Part shown: in pieces, positions 39,528 through 53,435 of the stretch
Layout: each line of letters starts with the position of its first letter
Numbering within the stretch: position 1 is the first letter of the stretch
Origin: Chara braunii
Taxonomy: Eukaryota > Plantae > Charophyceae
Assembly: GCA_003427395.1 (NCBI GenBank)
Contig: BFEA01000018.1
Location: forward strand, 1,121,382-1,185,381
DNA: 64,000 bases
Reading direction: 5' to 3'
The notes under the pieces: generated by a model
Database searches by the model: none
Seen by the model: only the letters and a program-made list of their open reading frames with translations
What the model was told of the DNA's origin: nothing
Position numbers and translations under genes: made by a program

Positions 39528-40500
39528 GGGCCGCCGGTCGGTGCGCTCGCGGATGTTGATGATGATGTGATGTTCAATTTGGTGTTCGTTGTTCTGCAGT
39601 TTGTTGCGCTTCGTAACAAGGCTTCCGTGACCATTATGAACACTGCTGCTACTGCAGTAATGACGTCGAATCCTGAGATGACACATATGTTCATGTTCCT
39701 CGCTGGAAGCTTCGTGCACAGGATGCCTCTTGTGTCGGCTGCCATGAGCGTGGTCAGTCGTCATCGTTGTCGTGGGAGGCGTATATGGGTCCTTGACTTT
39801 GCTGGAGGAACATGGCAAGATCTGCAGAAGGTGGGAGAGACACATCACAAGGTATTCGTGTGATTCTGCCGGCTTCCCAAACCGCTATTTGAGGAGGTAG
39901 CCGCCCAAATAGCCCCGCACATCCAACGACAGGTTACCACTTGGAGGCAGGCTATACCAGCGGTGCAGAATCTGGTGTGTGCCCTCATCAGATGGGCCAC
40001 TGGAAGTTTCTATTGCCAAACAGGACTTGGAATTGGCATGGGGCTTGTGAATGCCCTGCGAGGATGTGGCTGATGCCATCATCACGGAGTATGGCCACCT
40101 CATCGGCTTTGTTGAGGGGCGACGGCTGCAGGATGTTTTGGACGCATTCCAAAGGAAAGGTTTTCCTGGCTGCGTGGGGTCCATAGATGGGACCCATCTA
40201 TACATCGAGAAACCCAGGAATGAGCGGTCTAAATGCTACTACAATCGTACTAAACAGTATTCCATCTTAGCACAGGTTGTGTGCGACCACGAATGTAGGA
40301 TCCAGGTTGTCTTCGTCGGCTGTCTTGGCTCCGTTCACGACTCCCATGTAGCCCGAATCTCCAATTTGTATCGCAATGCACAAGATGGGCATGGTATCTT
40401 GCATGTTGGCCTCTCATTTCTCCACGACGGCTCGCCTGTACGGCGGTATGTGTTGGGTGACACAGGTTACCCCTTCCTGCCATGGTTGATGTCGGTGTGG
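39528..40500 (+). pseudogene. PIF/Harbinger DDE transposase (HARBI1-like), fragmented and truncated
   Basis: GFPGCVGSIDGTH, YYNR..YSILAQVVCD, GSVHDS, YVLGDTGYP. Confidence 0.92.
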
Positions 40501-43026
40501 AGGAATTTATGGCGGAGGCAGATCGGTAATACGAAGACAATCCGCAAGGAATTTATGGTTGTGTCCTCCGACGATGATAACTCGGACGACGATGGCCCTC
40601 CAGCCCATCGACGTCGATGTGCCATCCGACGAGATGATAATCCTTTGCCCTCTCTCCGGCGTAACCCTTGTGATGAGACAACACGTCCTTGTACAATACT
40701 GAAGGCCCTAGGCAGCTAGGCTGAATAGCAGGAGCAACTTTTAACTTATTATGAGCCCATACAACTGATTCAATGAGCTCTTGCCAATAACCACGCCCAC
40801 TGTATGGGAGCGTGGAAGGGAAGGCCGCATGGGTGAGATTGATTTGTCACGTGGAGTACCATGTTCGGGTGCATGGCAGTCCTGCGCCCTGGCTGTACAT
40901 GGACCTAGCTTGAGACCAGGCACCTCCAGGCAGGACTGATTGGAGGTACCTGGTCTCAATCTAGGTCCATGTACAACCAGGGGGTCCAGCGTTTTACAAA
41001 CGCTGGTCCCTCAAGAACAACAAATTTTGACGAGTTTTCGGCCAAAAGACTCGGTTTCAGTTTCGTTCAAAAAATAAAAGATGACCATTTTGACGAAATG
41101 GCAGTTTGGATTAGCAAGCTTGACAATCCATCCCAACATCCCAGACAGTGATCCTCCCCTTAGCCCTCTCGGGGCACTACCGTTTTATGAACGACCACGT
41201 CTTCCAACGAGGCCCGAAGTTCGTACGTTGCCCAGTATCGCGCCAAACACGACGATCGTGCTAAACTTACTGTCTATTTCTTCAACGAAAGCGGGTGAAG
41301 TTAAGGGTCAAAAGACCCTAAACGGCGATTGGCCGCCGAAGACTGTTTGAGAACTGTGTCATTATGTGCCCACGGATGGAAATGCAGCAAAGGCACATTT
41401 CTAAGGGTGTGTGCATTTTTTTGTCGGTAGCTCGTTTACAAGAACCCCCTCCCTCCGCGAAATCAATCGTGGTCATGTTTCTTATCGGCAGTGTTCGACA
41501 CGATGACCCGCAATCCACGCACCGCCATCATGAATGATCTATAGGGGACACCATTTTCACATTCCTATCATTGTGTTGAACATGATATTTGATTTAACCT
41601 TGTTTGCATTTTACAACAATTTTGGCATCTTTGGCCCTCATTGAAAACTAAAGAGGGATTTTTTTTTTTTCACAAGCCGCCGTAGACAGTTTGACACCCC
41701 TGCGTTCACGTCCCAAAAGGTCGACATGCAGAGGCGTTGTTTGAACAAAACGGAGGATGTAAGGCACCATTCTTTCTCTTTCTAACAACTTGGAGCCTTG
41801 GTTCCGAAACATTGTCGGGGCAAATACCCTGACAAGGGTATTTGCCGGGGGGGTTTCAATGTCAGACGTTATCTGACCTTTTCGTTAACTTAGCTGAAGG
41901 ACCTGATGAGATTGACGGTTGCCAAAAGTTTATTCAAACCTGACCTATGACTGATAGACTAAAAGTTTCTGGGCTTTAGTCCGGACGCTTGTGGCGTCCG
42001 AATATAACGACAGTAACTGGCAGGGCTTCGTTTTTGTCGAAGCCGCATACAAGCACGAACATGGTAATGCTAATGTTAGACCTATCCTACTTAAAATAAT
42101 GTCACGCAACTGCTAAGCCGCGTGATTGAGGACCTAAGTAGGCCAAAAAGATGGATGCGCCAGTTACAAGGCCGCGGCGCGGAAAGAGTATAAAGTTTTT
42201 TTATTTCCTTGGCCGTGGGGGTTGACATCGAGCCAGCGGGGGTTGATAGGCCGATGTCGAGGTCAAGCGGTCAACTGACGTGGGGCAGGGCCTGCCAGCA
42301 AAGCCTATTAGGCTTCAGGCAGGCGGGATATGCAGAGCCGCAGGCAGGCAGGGCTTGCAAGGCCACGACATGGGAGAAAAGTGACTGGGCAAGCTCTTCA
42401 TATAGAAGAGCGGCTCTTATCACTATCGTGAGAGGAGCTAGCCCAGTAGGTTGTCATGCAAGACTTTTACCCAGTGGATACTGGGATCGAATCCGAACTG
42501 CCGCGCTCTACTGGGCACAACTCCTTTTGGAGCAGGCTGCGAGGTGGGGTTGAACGCGGCCGATTTCGGTCGTGCGATCTTCGAGGTCGCGCGACTGAAA
42601 TCAGTCGTGCCGAGATTAGCATTGCCCCTGCACAAGGATGACACGCATAAATCGAGAAATGGTCTAATTTTTTTTTTTGCAATCCCATCTGGGATCGAAC
42701 TTGGGTTTGTATTTCAGCAGTTCGTGGGGGTATCACGACCCCGACGTGACCGTTGGCTAGGCCAACGGAGACGAAGTGACTGGGTTTTTTTAGCCCCAGT
42801 ACACTAAATAGTCGCTCGTGAAAACGGGCGACCGTTTTTTTAGAGGAAAGTTTTTTTTTTTTTTTTTTAATTTTTTTTCTTTAGATGTCGTTTAGATTTT
42901 TTTTCTAGATTTTCTTCTTAGATTTTGTTTAGATTTTTTTTTTCTCTTTTTCTTCCCTTTTTGTTTCCTTTAGTATAAGCACCAGTTCGTTTCGAAAGAA
43001 CGGGCAACTTGAGAGCGATTGCACCA

Positions 43027-43079
43027 GACTGTTTCGTCGGACTTCCACTGACTCGTCAAAAGGCTGGACCTCGACAGTC
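43027..43079 (-). ncRNA. Type III hammerhead ribozyme (copy 1)
   Basis: Minus strand GACTG-TC-GAGG-TCCAG-CCTT-TTGACGA-GTCAG-TGGAAGT-CCGAC-GAAA-CAGTC: stems III, I and II, GUC cleavage triplet, core with C3U, one stem II mismatch. Confidence 0.85.
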
Positions 43080-43139
43080 GGCTAACCCGACTGAATCAGC
43101 CGCATAAACGCGGCTGTATTCGGGCATGTCGGGGTAGTT

Positions 43140-43140
<1 letters not shown>

Positions 43141-43174
<34 letters not shown>
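43141..43174. repeat. (CA)n microsatellite running into an assembly gap
   Basis: Directly visible. Confidence 0.95.
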
Positions 43175-43640
43175 NNNNNNNNNNNNNNNNNNNNNNNNNN
43201 NNNNNNNNNNNNNNNNNNNNNNNNNNNNNNNNNNNNNNNNNNNNNNNNNNNNNNNNNNNNNNNNNNNNNNNNNNNNNNNNNNNNNNNNNNNNNNNNNNNN
43301 NNNNNNNNNNNNNNNNNNNNNNNNNNNNNNNNNNNNNNNNNNNNNNNNNNNNNNNNNNNNNNNNNNNNNNNNNNNNNNNNNNNNNNNNNNNNNNNNNNNN
43401 NNNNNNNNNNNNNNNNNNNNNNNNNNNNNNNNNNNNNNNNNNNNNNNNNNNNNNNNNNNNNNNNNNNNNNNNNNNNNNNNNNNNNNNNNNNNNNNNNNNN
43501 NNNNNNNNNNNNNNNNNNNNNNNNNNNNNNNNNNNNNNNNNNNNNNNNNNNNNNNNNNNNNNNNNNNNNNNNNNNNNNNNNNNNNNNNNNNNNNNNNNNN
43601 NNNNNNNNNNNNNNNNNNNNNNNNNNNNNNNNNNNNNNNN

Positions 43641-44025
43641 CAGTCTGAAAATCCTGAATGGTCCTGAAGTGGTGAAAGGTCCGAAGACCCTGAAAACCAC
43701 TTGTTTAGGCAGGCTGCATCCTGAAGTGGTGAAGGGTGTCCTGAAGTGGTCAAGTGAGAGTTTTGGGCAGTCTGAAAATCCTGAATGGTCCTGAAGTGGT
43801 GAAAGGTCCGAAGACCATGAAAACCACCCTTCACCACTTCACGATGCAACGTGCCTAAACAGGTGGTTTTCAAGGTCTTCGGACCTTTCACCACTTCAGA
43901 ACCATTCAGGATTTTCGGACCTGAATGGTCCTGAAGTGGTGAAAGGTCCGAAGACCCTGAAAACCACCTGTTTAGGGAGACAGGCTGCATCTTGAAGTGG
44001 TGAAGGAAATCCTGAAGTGGTGATG
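43641..44025. repeat. Satellite-like array of CTGAAGTGGTGAAAGGTCCGAAGACC units in direct and inverted orientation
   Basis: Direct copies at about 43663, 43791 and 43931; inverted copy at about 43873-43900. Confidence 0.85.
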
Positions 44026-47000
44026 AAAAGTACGGCTGTTGTAAACCTTTTTTCGCCCGTTTATGATTGAAAACGGGCAGCATTTGTTTACTGTTGCCCG
44101 AACCTGGCACTGTAGAGGCCTAGGTGCGGGCACGTGTTGAAGAGGGCAGGGGTGGAAAGAGAAGGGGGAGGAAAGATGAAAAAAAAATAAAAAATAAAAA
44201 ATGTCGCGGGTTTGGTTGTGACGTCGGGCCAGATGCAAAGGAAGAAGCAACTGGACCCTGATGAGACAGTAGACTGTTGAGTTCAACAGTCTGCTGGAAA
44301 CGGCTTGGTACGAAACCGTACAACCATTTGTGGATTGCCTCGGGCCGCGGATGAGGGTCAGATGCATTACTAGGGCCCAAAACTTGGTTCCCCTAGGGAA
44401 ACATCAAGTTTTTTGGCCCTTGATCGTGATTTAGATAAAGGGTCAGACCCTATTCCGAGTTTTGGCTGGGGGCAAAGTTGCTGCTCTTTGCCCTCATCTG
44501 GCTATAAAAGAAGCCAGCAGCCAACCAGCCAGCATTCATTTGTGGCTGATGCTGCTGGCATTCCACTTGAGTGAAGTGCTGGTTGTTTGGAGGAGGAGCT
44601 GCTAGTTAAGGGTAGAGAGTGGAGTTCTGCAGAAAGGCTGAGGCTGGAGGCTGCCATAGCCACCACCTCTAAAAGGAGGGAGGAGGCCGCAGGAGTAGTG
44701 CAGCTGCAGCATAGTTGGAGGTGCTGCCATAGCCACGTTGCAAACAGCAGCGCGAGGGAGGTGCTGCCCGACTATCGGCACGGTGGTAAAAGATTTTTAA
44801 GGGGAAGGCTGCTCCGCTGTATTTTTGGAAGGAGGTGCTGCCGGAACTTCGCGGCGCAGCGGTGAATTTTTTTGCGACAACATTTTGAGGGGGGATGGTG
44901 TCAGAATTGCGCGACGCGGCCGGAGGAGGTTTTACCAGCAGATGCTGAATCTGCAGTGGTGATTGTTTGGTGTAGTAATTGGCGTTGTGGCTGCTAAGGT
45001 GTAAGCCTACGACATTAAGGCTGGAAGTACAACTATGTTTGGATAAGCGTCGTGATCCAGGTTTTTTTTTGGAGGATCATCTGGTAGTGCGGCATCGGCG
45101 TGGTGATATTTGGGATCCAAATTGGGACCAAGAGAGTTAGAAGTTGAGATTGGGGGCGAGCGTTGGTAATAACTTCGAGTTCAGACGTGGTGAGTGGTGG
45201 AAGTTGGATTGGTGATCCGGGTGGGACTATTCTTGGTGAGCGAGGTGCCGCTGAGAGTGTAATGGTGAGCCACTCACAACTGTCGGTGAGAGCACTCTCC
45301 TCGAGGGTTATCTTGCTCAGTTCTAATGAGTGGCACCTATGTCTGTGGTGAGCCTTGGGAGAAGGATGCATGATATTTTCATAAACGGCCACAACTTATG
45401 AGATGTGCAGCCGATCTTTTCTTGAGAAAAGTACTTGGCTTTCTTGAGTGAGCCGTTCTCAACTTCACTCAAGGTTGGTTGAATGATTCAGACTTCCCTC
45501 CACTCCTGTGTAAGCCCACACTTTGCTTGACCCTGTTCAATCGAACGTTCATTGGAAAGGCAAAGGAAATGTGTGTTTGCATGTGAATGGTGAGGTCTGA
45601 CTTGAGTATGGTATTGTACTTTTCTTTTGAACGTGTTTTCTTTGCATGCTTTGCAGGTAGGTAGAAGGATGCTTGCAAAGGAGGCTGGTTTATGCCTATT
45701 TGGGGAAAATGAAAAGATTATCTTCTTTCTACCTTTTACCCGCCTGATTGTTAAAAAGACTCGTTATTTTGAAAAAGATTGTTGGCGTATGTCGTAGAAT
45801 GAATACGATTGAAATAAAACAGATGAGGTCAAATAGACTTAGTATTTTCTTAAGATTTACCCTTTTTATCCCGAATGACCTTGACTGCCAGTATCTGTCC
45901 AAATGATTCTCATTTTCTGTCTCCTTCTGTTTCTTTTCGTCCAAGTTACCCTGAACTTAGGAAAAATGAGAATAATTGAAAATTACTTACGGTGAACACA
46001 TTCTTTTTCTCCAGGAAGCATCTGGGGTAGGGGTTCGTTGCTTCAGGAGCCGACCCTGTTATCGACCCATAGTGGACTGTTCTACGGGGCGGGTACTTTG
46101 CCGATTCGGTGGAGACGACCCGACTTCTAAGATCCGAGCCTTGTGCTCGGGCGAGGAGGAGGAGTACCCCAGACCACTTCCTAGAGGGAGAGGCATGCAA
46201 CACTTCAAGCAATGCCCCTGATCAAGAATCATCGACAAAGAAGTTTGTCGTCCAGAAGATTGGAAACGGATCAAGACACGCATGTGCGTCGAATCTTAGG
46301 TTGGCGGTAGGCTAAAATGAATGACTTTGGCAGTGCGTCTCATCAAATCAAAACTAAGGCAGTCCGACTACCTTGTCGGTTGCGTTTATGTTATTGTCGG
46401 AAGCCAACTCCTCGTTGGCAATATGATTGTTTTGTGGAGTTCAACCCAAGGTGGTCGGGGGTTATTTTGATATTGTTTTCTTGGATGTTTCATATGATGA
46501 TTCGATTTCTTTTAGTTATCATTTCAGATTGAATATTTATTTGTGTCGACTACGGTCGACTCCTTTTGATATAATTATATGTGTGGTTGTCGTAACTTTC
46601 GCTTGGCGGTGTGTCTAAGGGACTAGGAAGGTTTGGGTTTCACGCTTGGTTGAGACCGTCCTAGTCGACCGGCGTCCGCTTCGTACTTAGGAGATCGGCG
46701 CCCCAAGAAACGGACGACGCTCAGGTCCACTTGGCGTTAACCAAGCGTTTCGTATACTACAAGGAACGAGCAAATGCCCTCGACTGACCTACCTCTGCGA
46801 TTGCATTTAAAAACTTTCGCACGTGGGTCAGTAGCTCGATAAGGATATGCCCCTAAGAGTGGTGACAACCCCTTAGGGAAGGAAAGCTCATGCCCTGCGG
46901 GAACCTATCCTGTCGTAGGTGACCGCGGGATGTACAGTTGGCGCACCCGGCCAGAGCGGCGATGGAGCGATGCAATCATGCCCGTTTCGGCGGTTTGTGA

Positions 47001-47157
47001 GAGTTACTCTGCGTCGTTCCCAAGTTGACTCTGAATTTGTTTTCGTTTACTCCTGCGTGACATGGCCGGGAGGGTTCTCGCCTTTGCGAAAAAGGTGGGA
47101 GTCGATGCGCTCGACAACGTAAGGCAAGGGGGCGTAAGGGAAGACTCTGAGTGTCCT

Positions 47158-47260
47158 AAACAGAGGACGTGGAGGCGTTGTTCGGGCGAAACAGAGGACG
47201 TGGAGGCATTGTTCGGGCGAAACAGAGGACATGGAGGCATTGTTCGGGCGAAACAGAGGA
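47158..47260. repeat. 30-bp tandem repeat, about 3.3 copies
   Basis: AACAGAGGACGTGGAGGCATTGTTCGGGCG units. Confidence 0.92.
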
Positions 47261-47307
47261 TTTAAGGCAAGACTCTGAGGGTCCTGAACAGGGGACCTAA
47301 GACACAA

Positions 47308-48050
47308 TTTTTTCCCTTTGTTTAGAAGTTATGAAACAACATGCTTGTCAATCATCATACTTAACATGATGATCCAAAGGTTACGAATACCCTTGCAATA
47401 ACTTGTCACTCATTAACGATCCAAGTAAATTAAACACCCTCAACCCCGTAAAGATCCAAACTAACAAAACACCCCTTGAGCCAAACCAACAAGACCACCC
47501 TTAAGCCCGAATTTTCCTCCGAATTTTTCTGGGGAAAAATCAAGGTTTATTTATAAGGTATGGATTAACATGATGATGCACAACATACGAACACCCCTTT
47601 ACTTACTCCTAAGTGTCCTCACACAACAACGCCCCCATTAAATTCAACATACACACCTTCATCAATATCAACGAATCGAGAAAACGCCTCACAACCCTTA
47701 ACGCTTAGCACCCCGATTATTTCCCTTTATTTACAAGTTATGGAACAACGTACTTGTCAATCATCGTGTTCAACATGATGGACCACAACTTACGAGTACC
47801 CCTGCACTAACTCGTCACTCATTGACACCCAATGTAAATTCAACACCAAACCGACAAGACACCTCTTGAGCCCGAACTTTCCAGGGAGAAATTGGAGGTT
47901 TATTTATAAGGCATGGATCATTGTGCTTGATAATCATCGTGTTCAACACGATAATGCACAGTAAACAAACACCCCTCTACTGACTTCTCAGACGGCAACA
48001 CCCCCATTAAACCCAACATACTCACCCTGGTTGACATCGATGAACCGAGG
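47308..48050. repeat. Diverged tandem duplication of about 410 bp
   Basis: TTTCCCTTT.TTTA.AAGTTATG.AACAAC.T.CTTGTCAATCATC at about 47311 and 47720, with collinear downstream sequence. Confidence 0.8.
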
Positions 48051-48267
48051 CCTCACTGCGATTTGTACTCACCCCCGTACGAGTACAAGTTGTACTCATA
48101 TCTTGTACGCTACTCGTACTCAAGGCCCGTACGACTTTTTTTAATTTTTTTTTACTGTTTTTATTTTTTTTTCTCCAATTCTGATAAGAATCTGCAGATG
48201 GTGCTCAGGCAAATGTTGCTTGTCTTGGGATTTTACATCACATATATTTTTTCCGGATTTTTTGGAT

Positions 48268-48298
<31 letters not shown>

Positions 48299-49409
48299 CG
48301 TACAAGTCGTACGAGGGCGTACAGGTTCCCGTACAGATATTATCTGTACGTTTCGTACGGAAAGGCCCCGTACGTATACGTTCGGTAACGTAGGGACAAA
48401 CACCTCCAAACTCGACCGACAAGAAATGCACGACCCAAAATTATCACTACGAATAATCATGAGAGTGACCCTATATCAACCGATTGTACATGATGTGATG
48501 TGCTCGACAACCGAGTTTAGCGCAACACACACCTACGTAGCTCTCGACCCACAGTGGCAACCCTCGCAATGTGCCAAATAGTCGGTTGTTCGTGGTCGCC
48601 ATCGCCAAAAGCTCTATTATATGGATAATGTTAGACGGTGGCTTCCTTATACAGCGGCTGCCTCAGAAGGTGGTTGTCTTAGTCGACTACTACATCAGAC
48701 AGGTTAGACGACGACTGCCTCAGACGGTGGTTGAGTAAGACACGTCTTGGCCCAGACGGCATCTGCCTAAGACGGGGTCTGGTCATGACGGCGTTACCAA
48801 CTAGCCCAGACGACAACTACCTTAGACAAATGCTGGTTAGGACGGCGTCTGCCCTAGACACAAGCACAACACATATCTACATAGCCCAGTACCCACAAAG
48901 ACAAACCTCAGAACTTCAGAAGTTGTCAAACAATCAGTTGTACGTAATCCTTATCACAAAAAAATAGTACTAAAAGGACAACGTTATGGCTGCATTAGAT
49001 GATGGTTGTGTTAGTTGGCAGCCACATGAGACAGTGCCTGTCAAACCACCGTGGCTGCCTTAGTTGGCGGCTCCCGCATTTGAATAGTGAGAGTGATGAT
49101 CAAGTGTCAAATAGTCGGATGTTCGTGTTCCTCATCACTCGAAGCATCAATAGAAATTTTCAGAGGGTCACCGCCTCAGACGACATTCAGTTTAGATTAA
49201 CTAATATGGGGAAAATGTTAGACGACGGCCTCATATGGCATCTGAAGCTCACATTTGGCTGGCCAAGAGAACGATTACCTTAAACAGCTGCTACCCTGGA
49301 CGTTATTTGTTCCGGACACCACCTCCCGAGGGTTCTAGACTCTTCCTCACCTGAATGGTGAGGCGTCCTAATGACGACAAATGGAAGTTGCATTACCACA
49401 TGAAAGGTC

Positions 49410-50505
49410 CACAGTCGTCGTGTTGAACACGACGAACCGAGGCCACCATTGAATGAAACGATGTTCTAGGATCTTCGGAGTTGTCGTGTTGAACACGACG
49501 ACCTTAGGTCGCCACTCCGGGTAACCGGTACATGGGCGACGTCTTTCCATTTGTTTGGTGCTCGTTGACGGTCATGTTTAACAAGACAACTCCAAAGACA
49601 TCATTCTTCGCCAAGGACATGACAACAGGTATCCACTTTGAAACATCATGTTCGACATGAACTTCTGTTGTTTTAGGCAGGTTTTCAGTGGTCTTAGAAA
49701 AATTAAAATTGACGGTCCTTATGAACAATCGTGTTGAACAACATGACTGCGACTTTTGCAGTTCAAGGACGGGCTTCAGATGCATCAGTCCTGGTCTTTT
49801 CAACCGATTGCCGACATGAACTATCGTGTTGAACACGATGATTCCGACTTCTCTGCAGTTCAAGGACGAGCTTCGACTGCCTCAATCCACTTTTTTCAGC
49901 TGACTGTTAACATAAACTATCATGTTAAACATGACAACTGACCTAGAGAGAGGCAGCCAAAGCCCATCCTTGAACTTCAGAACGATCGTTCAGGTTGGCC
50001 GTCGGTTGAAAAGACATGGACTATGACAGCCGAAGCCCGTCCTTGAATTGCAGAAGCCGGAGTCATCGTGTTCGACATGATCGTTGACAACCACAACCAT
50101 TAGCATATGGTCGTGTCAGACTTGATAAAGGGAAGGTCGGAGGTGGAAGGGGCTCTTCGCTTACCTGAAGAAAGGCCGCATAGTGCACACTATATATTGA
50201 CGTCAACAAATCACAAACAGGGCGGAAAAAAGAATTCGGTCGTTGATCGCTGAAATCAACTGATCACATCAAAGGTGGGAAGGGCGCTTCACTTACCTGG
50301 AGCGTTGCGTGATTTTCACAAACTGTAAACTCCCGTAGGGGCCGTCTTGCAGTCGTGGAAGGCTGCCTATAACAAATTGCGACCATAATTGTGGTAGGCG
50401 CTTTGGTATTGAACACGATTGTATTCGACACACGACAAACAAAGCATCTGCTGGCAGACATTTTGTTTGTCGTGTGTCGAACACGATCGTGTTCAATACG
50501 ACAAT
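49410..50505. repeat. Cluster of palindromic TCGTGTT(G/C)AACACGA motifs (likely transposon subterminal repeats)
   Basis: Copies at about 49418, 49485, 49728, 49824, 49920, 50066, 50409 and 50477. Confidence 0.7.
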
Positions 50506-53091
50506 CCAAGGAGGGAAGACGTTTTGCGCGATCCTGTCGAGAGCGGAAACCAACTGTGCTGACTGATATATTTGATAAAACGTTTCCACAAAGAAAGTAT
50601 AAAATGATAAGCGTGGAGCTGCGAGAGAAAACCGAGTATGAAGGAGTGGAAAGGGAGGCAAACACCGTGGTGGAGACACTGAAACACTTATGTCGTCTGA
50701 TGACACGATTGCATTTATGGAAAAGGGGCATGCAACCTTGGTATGGGAGTTGTTAAAGAGTCATCGACAATCGACATTTCATTGTCTTGGAAGGGGACGA
50801 TATGAAGATGGTGGGAACTCGATAGTACTATGCGAAATTCATAAAGTTGTCGCCTGGTAATTGACGAAACTCTTGATTTTGTCTACAAAGTAGGTAAAAA
50901 TATGACATAAATTTGCAAGCTTCTTTTCGAGATGGAGGCGAAAAATAGAGTGGACCTTATGTATGCTGCTTGTTGGTGAAAAAATGAAACTTTGCTAAGT
51001 GGTTACCGCAAAGCTCATTTAGACAACGATATCTCATTCCTTGACTAGTTGGAGCGTTTGTACTTTGATGAACAAATCGGTGCATTCACGCACGCCACGT
51101 ATGCAACGTGTTTTATAGATGGTGAGCATTTCGATGTTGAGGTTTCCGACGAAGAAAGTGGGGATGAGACTTTGCAAGCCGCTTTGGCAAAAGAGAGGCA
51201 AAAAGAAGGTAGCTCGTCTTCTCAAAAGATAGCTTCGGCAAGGACGTCGCCTGAGGCTCCTTCGATACGAACTTCGGGTGTCGTACTTGCTGTTGGGACG
51301 ACAGATCCGTTTACTCCCCGTCCTTCAATTGTCTAGCCAGTCGCAATGGGTACACCTCTTTACATCACTCCTACTACCAGGGCAAATATATCTTCATCTA
51401 GAGGACCTATGACCAATCAAGCGCTAGCACTGAGAACTTCGTTCAGCGCTCAAGGTTCCCTTGAGTTATTCACAAATTTGTCGGCATTTGCACAAAACCC
51501 CGCCTTTTTGCAACATCTTCTGCATTCTCAGGCCGCAAAACAGACTCAGCCCTCAGAGGCTTTGGAGTACGAGGTTGGAGACACAATCCCAGTGGACATC
51601 GCGAAACTGCTGGGTCATGTCGTTTGTTGAGATGGCAACATATCAAGGGATGAAGAAACATGGGGCCATAACATTGTGTGGCACCCACAATACTTTCAGC
51701 CGATGTTGGGGAAGGGTTTGTGGTTGATGGTCATAAAAAAAAAAGGTCAATGACACTTATATTCTCACCGATGCATGCCACGAGGGAAATTTTATAGACA
51801 TGCAGAAAAACAAATTCGAATGTCGTTTTGTTCAACTGAATCCTTCCATTTCTCAAATGAGAGTAGAGACAAGGAGAAAATAGATTTTGCAGGAACTTAA
51901 AGCATTGTAACACCTTGAGTTCTTAGAAGAGTTCTACAATAGAGAAACAAACCCGAGATATGAATATAATTGGCATGTTGAAGATAATTATGATGTAAAA
52001 GGAGAGAAAAGACAGGGACCTAGCAGTGATGCAAGTGGGGAGGGATCTCAACCCCGGGTGGTAGTGAGGAAAGACATGACAAAGGTGGTTTCACCAGTAG
52101 TAGAGATGGAGAAGGGTCGGAAGGGCCAAGTGGTTGTGAGGCAAACAGGGAGAAGGGAAAAGGGCGAAAGCCGGGAGGGCATCGAGAACATGACACAAGT
52201 GGTGGTTCTGGAGGTCCACATATTATTATTGCTAGCCTGGAGCAGATGGGGTAGTTCCAGGGAGGGCAAGGACAACATAATGAAGGTGGTGTATGTGGAG
52301 GTGGATATAATGGTGTAGTTAGCACAGAGCCAATGAGGCGTGCACCAGGTGGACATAGTGGTGTAGGTAGCCTAGAGCCGATGGGGCACGAATATGAAAG
52401 TGTTCATATACAAAGGGATTATGATGTTCCCGGATTGACTCGCACATTCAGCTGAACGTTGTCACAATCGAAAGAATGCATCGCACTCGACTGTTACGGA
52501 TGTCATTATGAAAGGTAATATATAGCGGGATACGAGCGAAGCAAGTGCCTTCCCCGTACATGGACCCAGTGGTATGAGGAGCCCGCATGACCACATATCA
52601 GGATCAGTGGCTATGGACTATGGATTGGAAAGTGAGGCAAGGCTGGGAACACTAATGGATGAAGTGGTGTTCATGAAGGAGTAAAAAACATAGGAGGACC
52701 ATAGCACTCCATTGGATGAAGCGACACTCAGAGGAGACTTGGAGATTCCTACGGTACTGTGAAGCTCGATGGTCTTGTACAAGCAGATGCAAAAGCTGGA
52801 TATTACATATTTGAGGGCAATAGTAGGTAATGGATATGTTTGTGGAGAAAAAAAACGTTTCAAGATCATAACATCGAAAAAAATGAAGGTCGTGTAGTAC
52901 TAACTACAGCAGAACAACACCTGTGTGACCATCTGAACGCACTACATTTGCGTTCATGTTCAAACGCGCGCGTTCAAAGGGTGTGTGAGCTCGTTCAAAC
53001 GTGCCACGTGGCATTGGAGAGTAGAAAAGTGAACGCACAGCCCCGGCTGGCGTGCACACGTAGGAAGCTACCGGGGGGCACGAGCAATTTG

Positions 53092-53093
<2 letters not shown>

Positions 53094-53138
<45 letters not shown>

Positions 53139-53139
53139 C

Positions 53140-53172
<33 letters not shown>

Positions 53173-53236
53173 CATATGTTTGTGTGTGTGTGTGTGTTTG
53201 TGTGTGTGATTGTGGAGGCACACACACACACACACA
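53094..53236. repeat. Compound (TA)n/(TG)n/(CA)n microsatellite
   Basis: Directly visible. Confidence 0.95.
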
Positions 53237-53378
53237 AACAAGTGGGGCACTGTATATTGTTATGTTTTCGCGGTAGATTCATTCGATTTTGCTCGTCCTA
53301 TCTATGGAAGTAGCGCGAGGTCAGCCGCGGGGTTGGAGACTTACCTGTAGTCCGGTGCGTTGCTCATCCTATCGACGT

Positions 53379-53435
<57 letters not shown>

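Noticed and set aside
38909-39848. Long minus-strand ORFs as the Harbinger Myb/SANT partner gene
   Set aside because: No Trp-spaced Myb/SANT motif; largely antisense shadows of the GC-rich transposase region.
44258-44325. Hammerhead-like string CTGATGA-GA-[14-bp hairpin]-GAAA-CGG..CCG-TA
   Set aside because: Two extra bases precede stem II and no stem I pairing exists after the putative cleavage site; only the hairpin is supported.
44030-46750. Possible further LTR (TATA-like CTATAAAAG at about 44502)
   Set aside because: No TG..CA termini, TSD, PBS or partner copy could be established.
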